Shown piece after piece: positions 48,124 to 57,860 of a DNA stretch of 64,000 nucleotides (the stretch's first letter is position 1; the number at the start of each line of letters is the position of its first letter). The DNA is from an uncultured Lachnospiraceae bacterium (GTDB taxonomy: Bacteria > Bacillota > Clostridia > Lachnospirales > Lachnospiraceae): the NCBI GenBank assembly GCA_905233955.1, contig CAJOFQ010000006.1, forward strand, positions 6,706-70,705, given 5' to 3'. The translations under genes and the position numbers were made by a program. The notes under the pieces were generated by a model, which was not told where the DNA came from, did not search any database, and saw nothing but the letters and a program-made list of their open reading frames with translations.

Positions 48124-49221
48124 ATGATCTCAAATCAAATATTACAAAAGACTGTGGATGGTCTTGCTGAAATTACAAAGGCGGATTTTGCAGTTTTGGA
48201 TTCAGACGGGGTATCGCTTGCGTCTACATTTGCAGATGTGGATACCTATGCCGGGGAAGCGGGGGATTTTGCCCGGTCGTCAGCCGACTCACAGACAATT
48301 GCTGACTGTCATTTTTTCAAGGTATACGATGATAAGCAGCTTGAGTTTGTGGTTCTGGTCAGGGGTGATGATGAAGCCCAATCGTCTACCATAGGTCGTA
48401 TGGCAGCCTTTCAGATTGAAGAGTTGGTAGTTGCTTACAAGGAACGGTTTGACAAGGATAATTTCATCAAGAACCTGCTGCTTGACAACCTGCTTCTGGT
48501 GGATATTTATAACCGTGCCAAGAAGCTGCATGTTGACATAGAAGCTAACAGAGTTGTTATGCTGGTGGAGTGTGCATCCTTTACGGATGGCGACGAGATG
48601 GACCGCGTCAGGAATGTATTTGGCGGCAGGAGCAGGGACTTTGTTACAGCTGTAGATGAGAACAATATAATCGTAGTCAGATATTTAGATTCACCGGATA
48701 ATGCTTATGAGGAATTAGAGCGCACAGCCCGTGTAATAGTCGACTCATTTTCAGACAGGCCTGACAGTGACAGGGTAAGGGTATCCTACGGGACTGTAGT
48801 AAGCGAACTGAAGGATGTTTCCAGATCCTACAAGGAGGCCGCTATGGCTCTGGATGTAGGCAAGATCTTTTTCAAGGAGCATCAGATCATAGCGTATTCG
48901 GTTTTGGGCATAGGCAGACTGATCTACCAGCTTCCTATTCCCCTTTGCAAGATGTTTATTCAGGAGATATTCGAGAAAAAATCTCCCGATGAGTTTGATG
49001 AGGAGACGCTTACCACTATCAACAAATTTTTCGAGAACAGCCTTAATGTTTCCGAGACCTCGAGACAGCTTTATATTCACCGCAATACTCTTGTATACAG
49101 GCTGGACAAACTTCAGAAGAGTACAGGTCTGGATCTTAGAGTGTTCGAGGACGCGATTACCTTCAAGATTGCGCTCATGGTAGTGGAATACATGAAATAC
49201 ATGGAGGATCTTAAGTACTAA
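48124..49221 (+). CDS. PucR/CdaR-family transcriptional regulator
   Basis: C-terminal HTH (ETSRQLYIHRNTLVYRLDKLQKSTGLDL) typical of the PucR C-terminal domain. The N-terminal part is a sensor-like region. Confidence 0.7.
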   Translation: MISNQILQKTVDGLAEITKADFAVLDSDGVSLASTFADVDTYAGEAGDFARSSADSQTIADCHFFKVYDDKQLEFVVLVRGDDEAQSSTIGRMAAFQIEELVVAYKERFDKDNFIKNLLLDNLLLVDIYNRAKKLHVDIEANRVVMLVECASFTDGDEMDRVRNVFGGRSRDFVTAVDENNIIVVRYLDSPDNAYEELERTARVIVDSFSDRPDSDRVRVSYGTVVSELKDVSRSYKEAAMALDVGKIFFKEHQIIAYSVLGIGRLIYQLPIPLCKMFIQEIFEKKSPDEFDEETLTTINKFFENSLNVSETSRQLYIHRNTLVYRLDKLQKSTGLDLRVFEDAITFKIALMVVEYMKYMEDLKY

Positions 49222-49222
49222 A

Positions 49223-49918
49223 ATGATAGAGCTAAGGCATGTGACTAAGAAATACGAAGAGGGTATTCATGCGGTTAATGATATCTCTTTGCACATTCTT
49301 CCGGGGGAATTTGTTTTTATAGTAGGAGATTCCGGATCCGGCAAATCTACACTTATCAAGCTCCTTCTCAAGGAGCTTGAGCCTACCAGCGGCAGAGTGT
49401 TTGTCAATGGCAAGGACATAGGGCTTATTTCCCACAGACAGATTCCCAAATTCAGGCGTAATGTAGGCGTGGTTTTCCAGAACTTCAGACTCCTGGAGGA
49501 CCGCAATGTATATGAGAATGTGGCGTTTGCACTGCGGGTAGTGGAAGCCCCCCGCAGCCGCATCAAGAAAAGAGTTCCCCTTATGCTTTCGCTGGTGGGA
49601 CTTGCGGCCAAGTACCGTTCGCTGCCCAAGCAGTTGTCTGGAGGCGAGCAGCAGCGTGTTGCCATAGCAAGAGCCCTTATCAATGAGCCCAAGATACTTC
49701 TGGCGGACGAGCCGACAGGTAACCTGGACGCTGCCAACGCCTGGGAGATCATGAAGCTTTTGGAGGAGATTAATCAAAAGGGCACCACAGTAGTAGTTGT
49801 TACTCACAACATGGATATAGTACGCGCCATGAACAAGCGTGTTATCACCATCCAGAAGGGGACAGTTGTGGAGGACAAAAAAGGAAGAGGTGAGTTCAAT
49901 CAGTACATTTCTGTATAA
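49223..49918 (+). CDS. ftsE: Cell-division ABC ATPase FtsE
   Basis: GDSGSGKST Walker A, LSGGEQQR signature, LLADEPTGNLD Walker B. ftsX follows. Confidence 0.9.
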   Translation: MIELRHVTKKYEEGIHAVNDISLHILPGEFVFIVGDSGSGKSTLIKLLLKELEPTSGRVFVNGKDIGLISHRQIPKFRRNVGVVFQNFRLLEDRNVYENVAFALRVVEAPRSRIKKRVPLMLSLVGLAAKYRSLPKQLSGGEQQRVAIARALINEPKILLADEPTGNLDAANAWEIMKLLEEINQKGTTVVVVTHNMDIVRAMNKRVITIQKGTVVEDKKGRGEFNQYISV

Positions 49919-50801
49919 TCTGCGTCAGGGCTTTGCGAATATTTGGCGCAATAAGATGTTTTCATTAGCTTCCATGGCCACCATGGCGGCGTGTATTTTT
50001 TTATTGGGTGTTTTTTATTCCATAGGCAGTAATTTCAATCAAATGGTACATGATGCCGAGGAAGGTGTGGCTGTAACTGTTTTCTTCGAAGAGGGGATTT
50101 CCGACAAGAAGATCGAGGCCATTGGCAGGGCTATCGGCAAGCGTGACGAAGTAGCGCGCTATGAATTTATATCGGCTGAGGAAGCATGGGAGGACTACAA
50201 GGACATCTATTTTGAAGGCAATGAAAAGGCTGCCGAGAATTTCAAAAATGACAATCCCCTTGCGGATTCAGCTAACTACCAGATTTATCTGGCGGATGTT
50301 TCGGAGCAAAGCGATCTGGTATCCTATTTAGAGAAGCTTGACGGAGTCAGGGAGGTTCACAAGTCCGAGGTTGCAGCCAGGACTCTTACAGACTTCAATT
50401 CACTTCTTACCTACATATCAGTTGGAGTGATCATAATTCTTATAGCTGTAGCAATATTTTTGATCAGCAATACTGTTACCGTAGGAATATCAGTTCGCCG
50501 TAAGGAAATAGCTATTATGAAGTTTATAGGCGCTACGGATCGTTTTGTAAGGGCGCCCTTTGTAGTTGAGGGCGTGGTCATAGGGCTTGTTGGCTCCATA
50601 ATTCCATTGGTTCTGTTGTATTTTGTTTATAATGCGATCCTGCAATATGTATATGACCGGTTTACCAGCTTGAACAGCATGGTTTCATTTATCCCCGCGG
50701 ATCAGATATTCCATGTTCTGGTTCCTGTATCTCTTATTTTAGGTGTTGGAATTGGATACATTGGAAGCCGTGTCACATTAAAACGGCACCTTAAGGTGTA
50801 A
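49890..50801 (+). CDS. ftsX: Cell-division permease-like protein FtsX
   Basis: N-terminus ..LYNLRQGFANIWRNKMFSLAS.., an extracellular loop, then 3 C-terminal TM. The start is uncertain: GTG 49890 after AAGGAAGAG, or the upstream GTG at 49839. Confidence 0.85.
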   Translation: MSSISTFLYNLRQGFANIWRNKMFSLASMATMAACIFLLGVFYSIGSNFNQMVHDAEEGVAVTVFFEEGISDKKIEAIGRAIGKRDEVARYEFISAEEAWEDYKDIYFEGNEKAAENFKNDNPLADSANYQIYLADVSEQSDLVSYLEKLDGVREVHKSEVAARTLTDFNSLLTYISVGVIIILIAVAIFLISNTVTVGISVRRKEIAIMKFIGATDRFVRAPFVVEGVVIGLVGSIIPLVLLYFVYNAILQYVYDRFTSLNSMVSFIPADQIFHVLVPVSLILGVGIGYIGSRVTLKRHLKV

Positions 50802-50845
50802 AACAATCGGATTTGCTTTTGTCGGCAGTCAGAAAGGATACAGTG

Positions 50846-52111
50846 ATGGATTTCAACGAAGAAATATTACCCTCTAACGGCAGCGGAATGCCGCCGGTAT
50901 ATGAACCACCCGAAAAAAACGGATTTGGTAAGGGAGTGCTTACAGGTGCGTTGGCCGCGGTTTTAATAATGACAATCGCGGCATTTTGTATTATTAGATT
51001 TGTTTTTGGTGGATCAGGGGATCTTTTGGATGGTACGGCTCGCGCCAAGCTTGGTTATATCCGCTCGCTTATTGATTCCAGCTTTTATGAGGATGTGGAC
51101 GAGGAGGATCTGAAGGAAGGACTCTACAAAGGCCTTGTCAGCGGTACGGATGATCCCTACTCAGAATATTATACCGCCAAGGAATACGACGATTTCAAGA
51201 TCAACACATCAGGTAATTACGCCGGATTGGGAGCACAACTGTCCCAGGACAAAGATACCATGGTTGTTACTATTTCAAGGGTATATGATGATTCCCCTGC
51301 AGCCAACGCCGGATTAAAGGCCGGAGATGTTATCATATCCGCAGACGGATTCATGGCCACTGACGAAGCTCTGGATGATTTTGTCCAGAGGATTCGCGGA
51401 CAGGAGGGTACATCCTTTGAGCTGGTATATTCCAGGGATGGCAATGAAGAGACTGTTACCATTACCAGAGCTTCCATTACAATTCCATCCGTATCCTACA
51501 GAATGCTTAAGGACGGCATAGGTATGATACAGATTGACGAATTTGCCAGCAACACCAGGGAGGAATTTGACGAGGCGCTATCAGCTCTGGAGGCTGAAGG
51601 ACTGAAGGGCATTGTGTTTGATCTTCGTACCAATCCGGGTGGAATGGTCAACAGCGTTACGGATATTTTAGACGAGATTTTGCCTAAGGGCACCACAGTT
51701 TACATGGTGGATAAAAAGGGCGAGAAGACAACCTATACTTCTGATGAAGAACACAAATTAGACTATCCGATGACAGTATTGATTTCAGAGAACACTGCCA
51801 GCGCAGCTGAGATATTTGCGGGAGCTATCAGGGATTATGACTATGGTACACTTATCGGCAAAAAATCCTACGGTAAGGGTGTAGTGCAGATGACATATCC
51901 CATGCCTGACGGCAGTGCTGTCAAGCTTACCATTGCCTCCTACTATACACCCAGCGGAGAATCCATCCATAAAAAGGGAATTGAGCCTGATATAGAATTG
52001 GATTATAAATATTCCGGTGATCTGGATGCACAGGAGTATGACTATTTAGCTGATAATCAGATCAAAAGGTCGATCAAGATTTTGGAGAAGGAAATAAATA
52101 GTGAAAAATGA
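50846..52111 (+). CDS. S41-family C-terminal processing peptidase with PDZ domain
   Basis: N-terminal TM anchor, PDZ domain (GLKAGDVIISADG), catalytic region (ENTASAAEIFAGA .. GKKSYGKGVVQ). ATG 50846 is preferred over the TTG at 50813. Confidence 0.85.
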   Translation: MDFNEEILPSNGSGMPPVYEPPEKNGFGKGVLTGALAAVLIMTIAAFCIIRFVFGGSGDLLDGTARAKLGYIRSLIDSSFYEDVDEEDLKEGLYKGLVSGTDDPYSEYYTAKEYDDFKINTSGNYAGLGAQLSQDKDTMVVTISRVYDDSPAANAGLKAGDVIISADGFMATDEALDDFVQRIRGQEGTSFELVYSRDGNEETVTITRASITIPSVSYRMLKDGIGMIQIDEFASNTREEFDEALSALEAEGLKGIVFDLRTNPGGMVNSVTDILDEILPKGTTVYMVDKKGEKTTYTSDEEHKLDYPMTVLISENTASAAEIFAGAIRDYDYGTLIGKKSYGKGVVQMTYPMPDGSAVKLTIASYYTPSGESIHKKGIEPDIELDYKYSGDLDAQEYDYLADNQIKRSIKILEKEINSEK

Positions 52112-52781
52112 TTATGTAGATATGGGCTTTGCCAGAATAGATACAGGCAGAAAAGAACGGACAGGTTTTGCTGAGGTTATATTCTGTCAGGGAAAGGCAG
52201 ATGAATACCTGGTCAAAATATTCCAAAGGATCCTGGCAGAAGAGGGAGAGGTATTTGGTACCAGAGCAAGTGAGGCTCAGTATGATCTGCTAAAAGGTTA
52301 CATTCCGGATATTTCCTACGATCCTGTATCGCGCATAATCAAATTTGAAAAACAAGACCATGATTATATTGGCAATATCGCAGTCTGCTGTGCCGGAACT
52401 GCGGACATATTTGTAGCGGAGGAAGCCGCTCAGACTGCGGAATTTTTTGGAGGCAGGGTTCACAGATTTTTCGATGTTGGCGTAAGCGGAATTCACAGAC
52501 TATTGGACAAGCAGCAGGAGATAGCTTCTGCAAACTGCGTAATAGCTGTCGCCGGAATGGAGGGAGCTCTGGCAAGCGTGATTGGAGGTCTGGTTAAAAA
52601 TCCTGTAATAGCTGTTCCCACATCAGTAGGCTACGGTGCCAGCATGGGAGGCTTGTCGGCGCTTCTTACAATGATCAATTCCTGTGCTAATGGAATTGCT
52701 GTAGTTAATATAGATAATGGCTATGGAGCGGGCTATATGGCTACGCAGATCAACCGTCTGGCTCAGGGGAATATGGAATAA
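52101..52781 (+). CDS. larB: LarB-like nickel-pincer cofactor biosynthesis protein (AIR-carboxylase/PurE-like fold)
   Basis: N-terminus ..GFARIDTGRKERTGFAEVIFCQGK.., then CCAGTADIFVAEEA and VAGMEGALASVIGG. The GTG start overlaps the upstream stop by 11 nt. Confidence 0.78.
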   Translation: MKNDYVDMGFARIDTGRKERTGFAEVIFCQGKADEYLVKIFQRILAEEGEVFGTRASEAQYDLLKGYIPDISYDPVSRIIKFEKQDHDYIGNIAVCCAGTADIFVAEEAAQTAEFFGGRVHRFFDVGVSGIHRLLDKQQEIASANCVIAVAGMEGALASVIGGLVKNPVIAVPTSVGYGASMGGLSALLTMINSCANGIAVVNIDNGYGAGYMATQINRLAQGNME

Positions 52782-52852
52782 AAGATATTCGTGGTGTCAG
52801 ACTTTTTTGCACTGGTATTACATATTAGCATCATGTGTTTGGGGGAGATGAC

Positions 52853-54175
52853 ATGGCAAAATACTATTATCTGGAATGTGAAGCCGGAGTGGCGGGGGAC
52901 ATGCTGGTAGCTTCGATGCTCGATATTGGAGCAGACGAGCAGGAGCTTCTTAAGGTTCTAAACAGTCTTCCTCTAAGCGGCTATGAGATCAAGATTTCCC
53001 GTGTAAAAAAATCAGGTATAGATGCCTGTGATTTTGATGTTATTGTTGATGATCCGTCAGGCGGTCTGGATCATGATATGGAATATCTCCACGGCAGCAC
53101 CGCTCATCATCACCATGATCATGATGAGCACGGATCTGAACACGATCACCACCATCATGGCCATGAAGAAAATGGTCATCATCATCACCATCATATACAC
53201 CGGCATCTTTCGGATATTCATGAGATTATTGATGCCGGGCAGATGACAGATAACGCCCGTACTCTTGCTAAAAAGATTTTTGATATAGTTGCACAGGCAG
53301 AGAGCAAGGCACACGGGATTCCTGTGGAGGAAGTGCATTTTCACGAAGTTGGTGCCATAGACTCCATAGTTGACATCGTTTCGATTGCGGTTTGCGCTGA
53401 CAATCTGGGATTAGAGGGATTTTTCGTTCCTTATTTGTGTGAGGGAATGGGAACAGTCAGATGCATGCATGGAGTAATACCTGTTCCGGTTCCAGCCGTA
53501 ACGAATATAGTTCAGGACAATGATATTCCCCTGAAAAGGATTAATATTCAGGGTGAATTTGTCACACCCACAGGAGCCGCCGCGGTTGCGGCCCTTCGTA
53601 TTACAGATCCCCTTCCATCCTCATATCGCATAACAAAGACCGGCATAGGAGCCGGCAAGAGAAGCTATGAACGGGCCAGCATGGTTCGCCTCATGGAAAT
53701 AGAATTGGGTCAGGAATCTTCAGATGCCCTGGATAGCGATTTTGTCTGGCGTCTGGAGACTGATATAGATGATATGACCGGAGAGCGTTTTGGCTATGTT
53801 ATGGACAGACTTTACGGGGCCGGTGCCAGGGAGGTTCATTTTTCGCAGGTGCAGATGAAGAAGAACCGCCCCGGAACAGAGCTTGTTGTTATATGTGACG
53901 ACAGCCATCGAAGAGCTCTGGAGGAGATAATCTTTTTTGAGACAACCAGCATAGGTATACGACGGGTCAAAATGGCCAGAACCATACTGCCAAGAACCCG
54001 GGCAATAACAAAAAGTGAATACGGATCCTTTGAAGCAAAATGTGTTACCATGCCTGATGGAAGCAGCCGGATATATCCGGAGTATGAAGAAGTATGCAGA
54101 CTTGTAAATGAACAGAAAATATCTTTTTTTGAAGCCTGGGAATTAATGGAAGCAATGATCAGGGGGAATCAATAA
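52853..54175 (+). CDS. larC: LarC-like nickel insertion protein with His-rich segment
   Basis: N-terminus YLECEAGVAGDM and HEVGAIDSIVDIV. His-rich tract HHHHDHDEHGSEHDHHHHGHEENGHHHHHHIHRH at ~53104-53205. Confidence 0.85.
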   Translation: MAKYYYLECEAGVAGDMLVASMLDIGADEQELLKVLNSLPLSGYEIKISRVKKSGIDACDFDVIVDDPSGGLDHDMEYLHGSTAHHHHDHDEHGSEHDHHHHGHEENGHHHHHHIHRHLSDIHEIIDAGQMTDNARTLAKKIFDIVAQAESKAHGIPVEEVHFHEVGAIDSIVDIVSIAVCADNLGLEGFFVPYLCEGMGTVRCMHGVIPVPVPAVTNIVQDNDIPLKRINIQGEFVTPTGAAAVAALRITDPLPSSYRITKTGIGAGKRSYERASMVRLMEIELGQESSDALDSDFVWRLETDIDDMTGERFGYVMDRLYGAGAREVHFSQVQMKKNRPGTELVVICDDSHRRALEEIIFFETTSIGIRRVKMARTILPRTRAITKSEYGSFEAKCVTMPDGSSRIYPEYEEVCRLVNEQKISFFEAWELMEAMIRGNQ

Positions 54176-57100
54176 ATGATCCAGAAGCAATATCGTGCCG
54201 GGACGCTTGAAGAATACAGGAGAAATCTATCCGAGATATCAGAATCAAGAGAATACAATACTGCCAAAACCGTAATGGCTCGTATTTACATTGAGTGCCA
54301 TGATGTTGAGGTTATTAAGAAAGCGGCGTCAATGGCAAGAGCCAGACTGCCAAAGGCAGTTATTTTTGGAATGACTAATGTTAATGGTGAGAGGTATGAT
54401 TTTTCCAATCTGTCACCGGATGACATTATCAAGCTTAGCAGTATAGTTATAGATCTTGTATGTATGGATACTTCATCAGTAGATGTTGAGGTTTATGACT
54501 GCGAAAAGACTCCGGAGCTTATAGCTGGAGGTCAGGTAGGTCTGAGGCTTAGCAATGAAATTAATGTCAAGGGTGTCGAACTGCTGGTTGCAGGTATTTT
54601 TACTTCTGTCGAGGATTTCATAGTAATGGCGTCAGCGGAGAATACAGACATACCTGTCTTTGGAAGTAAGGCATTCAATGCTCACTGCGATATTGATAAT
54701 GCTGACTATTCATATGTTTTTTTTAACGAGCAGGTGATAAGCAAGGGTATCCTTGTTGTTTACTGGAAGGGGCCTGATCTTAATATACGAACAGGCTACA
54801 ACTTTGGTTGGTCGCCAATCGGCAAAAAAATGACTGTCACAAAAATGCTGGATGAGCAAAGGGTTACGGAGATTGACGGTTACCCGGCTGCTCATGTATA
54901 TCGTAAATACCTTGGCTTGAAGCCGGAATTGATTACAGCGGAAAATGTCTGCGAATTTCCGTTTGGGGTTCAGAGGGGGAACCGGATTTTGGCCAGGATA
55001 GGATTAACTGCCAACGATGCAGATAATCCCAACGACATGTTTTTCTCTGCACCGGTCCATGAAGGTGAAGAATTTCAGTTTACATATGGTAACAGAGATA
55101 TTATTTTTGCGGAGACCTTTGCAGATGCAATGGAGGTCATGAGATTCGAACCGCAGGCGATTTATCTGATTGCATGTATGAATCGAAGCACCCTTTTGAA
55201 AAAAGATGTGAATGCAGAACACGATTTTTACCGCAATACCCTGCCTGAGCTTATGATTGTTCACGGTCAGTCGGAAATATTATTTGACAGTGAGGGAGGA
55301 GGAGAATTGAATTCCGCCCTTGTGTCCGTTGCCATGAGAGAGGGAGAGCCTCAGGGGAAGGAACCTTGGTTTAATGGCTTCGAAGGAGCAGTATGTCCAT
55401 ATAAGTCAGAGAGTATTCCCCTGGTTCAGAGGATGACAAAGTTTTTAGAGGCCACCACAAGAGATCTGGCGGACGCAGTAGAAAAGGCCAATCAGGCGAA
55501 TAAAGCCAAGACCCAGTTTTTATCCAGCATTTCCCATGAGATAAGAACTCCGATCAATGCGGTATTGGGAATGGACGAAATGATACTTCGTGAATCCCGT
55601 GAACCGCAGATTCGAAATTATGCTGCCAGTATCCAGAACTCAGGACGGACTCTTTTATCCCTGATCAATGACTTATTGGATTCCTCCCGTATCGACTCCG
55701 GCAAGCTTGAAATTATGCCGGTGGAATATGAGCTGTCATCACTGCTTAATGATCTTGTCAATATGACATCAGTAAGAGCCGATGAAAAGGATCTGGAATT
55801 AAAGGTCAATGTTGCCAACGATATTCCTCATGTGCTGCTTGGTGATGATACCAGGATCAAGCAATGCGCCCTTAATATACTTACGAATGCAGTCAAATAT
55901 ACCGAACAGGGTTCCGTAACCATAGATGTGGACTTTAAAAAGACAGACGACAGGCACATAGATCTTAGCTTTTCCGTTACGGATACGGGAATCGGAATCA
56001 AGGAAGAGGACATAGATAAGCTGTTTGTTGCCTATGAGCGCATAGAAGAGCAGCGGAACCGCAATATCGAAGGCACAGGGCTTGGTATGAATATTGTAAC
56101 TGCCCTGCTTTCGATGATGGATTCCAAATTGGATGTTAAGAGTGTATATGGCGAGGGGTCGGTTTTCTCATTTGTGGTATCACAAGAGGTAATAAATTGG
56201 GAGCCTATGGGTGACTTTACAGAGATGTACCGCCGCTCTATTGAGAGTATCCAGAATTACCATGAGAGCTTCCACGCTCCGGATGCCAGACTTTTGGTAG
56301 TGGATGATACCAGGATGAATCTTACGGTATTTTCCGGACTTCTCAAGGCTACACAGATTCAGATTGATACAGCGGAGAGTGGTAAGGAAGCTCTGAAGAA
56401 GGTCAAGAACAATTCCTACGACATTATTTTCCTGGATCAGAAAATGCCTGGAATGGATGGTATAGAAACCCTTCGCAGAATGAAGCATATGTATGAAAAC
56501 CGCAACCATGGCGTGCCAGTTATTATGCTTACTGCTAATGCTGTTGCCGGCGCCAGAGAGATGTTTCTGAGTGAAGGCTTTGACGACTATCTGTCCAAGC
56601 CCATAAACGGAAAAAAGCTTGAGAGGATGATACGGGAGAGGCTGCCTGAAGAAAAAGTTATTATTCCTGATCCGGATGAGGATAAATCATCCGATGATTC
56701 TTTGATAGCTGACAGTCCTTTTTTGCAGGGACTTGCAAAAATAGATACTCTCTCAGTATCCGACGGGCTGACTAACTGTATGAATGAGGAAATCTACAAA
56801 GCCACTATCAATGATTTTGTAACCAGTGCCGGATCTAATCTTAATGACATTCAGGGATTTATGGACAGTAATGACATAGAAAATTATACAATCCGTGTCC
56901 ATGCCCTAAAAAGTTCTGCCCGCATTATCGGGGCCAATGATCTGTCCGAACAGGCAAAATATTTGGAAAGCTGCGGAGATGAATCCAACATCGAAGAGAT
57001 TAGAAAAAACACTCCCAAATTATTGCAGGATTATCAGGATATTACGGAAAAAATCTCAGAGGTCTTAAATGGAAAAGAACCTAAGGCCAGTGAGACGGAA

Positions 57101-57331
57101 CAGGCTGCAAAAAGCGAGGAGAAAAATTCTATAGATGATTCCCAGATCAAATCAGCCCTGGACGGAGTAAAAGATTTTATTACAGTTTACGATTATGATG
57201 GTGCGGCTGATATACTAAAAATGCTTAGTGATTTTGACTTACCGGCCCATATCAGAAAATTAGTATCAACTCTTTCTGAACATATTACAAAATTAGAACG
57301 GGATGAGCTGTTGGAAAAATTATCAAATTGA
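54176..57331 (+). CDS. Cytoplasmic hybrid sensor histidine kinase: ~430-aa N-terminal sensor (possibly FIST-like) - HisKA - HATPase - REC - Hpt
   Basis: No TM segments. H-box SHEIRTPINAVLGM, N-box NILTNAVKYT, G-boxes DTGIGI and GTGLGM. REC (VVDDTRMN, FLDQKMPGMDG, YLSKP). Hpt (VHALKSSARIIGA). The ATG directly abuts the larC stop. Confidence 0.9.
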   Translation: MIQKQYRAGTLEEYRRNLSEISESREYNTAKTVMARIYIECHDVEVIKKAASMARARLPKAVIFGMTNVNGERYDFSNLSPDDIIKLSSIVIDLVCMDTSSVDVEVYDCEKTPELIAGGQVGLRLSNEINVKGVELLVAGIFTSVEDFIVMASAENTDIPVFGSKAFNAHCDIDNADYSYVFFNEQVISKGILVVYWKGPDLNIRTGYNFGWSPIGKKMTVTKMLDEQRVTEIDGYPAAHVYRKYLGLKPELITAENVCEFPFGVQRGNRILARIGLTANDADNPNDMFFSAPVHEGEEFQFTYGNRDIIFAETFADAMEVMRFEPQAIYLIACMNRSTLLKKDVNAEHDFYRNTLPELMIVHGQSEILFDSEGGGELNSALVSVAMREGEPQGKEPWFNGFEGAVCPYKSESIPLVQRMTKFLEATTRDLADAVEKANQANKAKTQFLSSISHEIRTPINAVLGMDEMILRESREPQIRNYAASIQNSGRTLLSLINDLLDSSRIDSGKLEIMPVEYELSSLLNDLVNMTSVRADEKDLELKVNVANDIPHVLLGDDTRIKQCALNILTNAVKYTEQGSVTIDVDFKKTDDRHIDLSFSVTDTGIGIKEEDIDKLFVAYERIEEQRNRNIEGTGLGMNIVTALLSMMDSKLDVKSVYGEGSVFSFVVSQEVINWEPMGDFTEMYRRSIESIQNYHESFHAPDARLLVVDDTRMNLTVFSGLLKATQIQIDTAESGKEALKKVKNNSYDIIFLDQKMPGMDGIETLRRMKHMYENRNHGVPVIMLTANAVAGAREMFLSEGFDDYLSKPINGKKLERMIRERLPEEKVIIPDPDEDKSSDDSLIADSPFLQGLAKIDTLSVSDGLTNCMNEEIYKATINDFVTSAGSNLNDIQGFMDSNDIENYTIRVHALKSSARIIGANDLSEQAKYLESCGDESNIEEIRKNTPKLLQDYQDITEKISEVLNGKEPKASETEQAAKSEEKNSIDDSQIKSALDGVKDFITVYDYDGAADILKMLSDFDLPAHIRKLVSTLSEHITKLERDELLEKLSN

Positions 57332-57390
57332 ATGAGAAAATTTTGTTAATAAATATTTAAAAATTTTAACAAAAATATTTATTATTATTA

Positions 57391-57419
57391 TTGCAATTAA
57401 ATCACGATTCGTGTATTAT
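57391..57419 (+). promoter_or_regulatory. Candidate sigma-A promoter TTGCAA-17 nt-TATTAT in an AT-rich spacer
   Basis: TTGCAA at 57391-57396 and TATTAT at 57414-57419. It lies upstream of a strong SD (GGAGGAG, 57471-) and the ATG at 57485. Confidence 0.45.
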
Positions 57420-57484
57420 CTACTTGTTATAATAATAACAATTCATTCAAATACATTTTGTGTTTTTCGAGGAGGAGATTTTTT

Positions 57485-57778
57485 ATGGCAGCAAAGAAGG
57501 AGACTGCGGCAAAGGCAACGGAAGCTAAGAAGGAAGCTCCGAAGAAGCGTGCTGCTGCTAAGAAGCCTGCAGCAGAGAAGAGTGTATCTCACATTTTTGA
57601 AATTGACGGTGAGCAGATCAATACTGATGATATCTCACAGAAGATTCAGGAAGCCTACAAGGCTGACGGCCATCAGATAGGACGCATGAAGTCAGTTGAA
57701 GTTTATTATAATTTTGGCGAGCGTAGGGCTTACTATGTTATCAATGGCAAGTCTGAGGACAAGTTTGTTGAGTTCTAA
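57485..57778 (+). CDS. Small protein with Lys/Ala-rich N-terminal tail and compact C-terminal domain (97 aa)
   Basis: ATG 57485 follows GGAGGAGATTTTTT. N-terminus is MAAKKETAAKATEAKKEAPKKRAAAKKPAAEK, and the C-terminus ..RAYYVINGKSEDKFVEF. A clean terminator follows. Confidence 0.65.
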   Translation: MAAKKETAAKATEAKKEAPKKRAAAKKPAAEKSVSHIFEIDGEQINTDDISQKIQEAYKADGHQIGRMKSVEVYYNFGERRAYYVINGKSEDKFVEF

Positions 57779-57811
57779 TATGTCGTCTCGATTTCGTTTT
57801 CGGTATTTTTG

Positions 57812-57840
57812 GCGTGACAGGATTTTCTGTCACGCTTTTT
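57812..57840 (+). terminator. Rho-independent terminator
   Basis: GCGTGACAG (57812-57820) pairs with CTGTCACGC (57827-57835). The loop is GATTTT, followed by TTTTT. Confidence 0.75.
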
Positions 57841-57860
57841 GCTGTACCCGGACTTTTATT

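Noticed and set aside
53104-53205. CAT/CAC-rich repetitive tract with mirrored ORFs on both strands (53022-53246 +, 53057-53344 -)
   Set aside because: It is explained by the His-rich nickel-binding segment of LarC. It is not a CRISPR array or a non-coding repeat, and the extra ORFs are frame artefacts.
57332-57390. AT-rich direct and palindromic repeats (AAATATTT ... AAATATTT) after the hybrid kinase gene, considered as a possible terminator
   Set aside because: The stems are AT-only and very weak, with no defined U-tract. This is more likely an UP-element-like AT-rich promoter context for the next gene.
57696-57860. N-terminal 55 codons of the ORF-track entry 57696-58709
   Set aside because: This part overlaps the end of the upstream gene and reads straight through a strong rho-independent terminator (57812-57840). 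The signal peptide begins at ATG 57861, so the gene was trimmed to that start.
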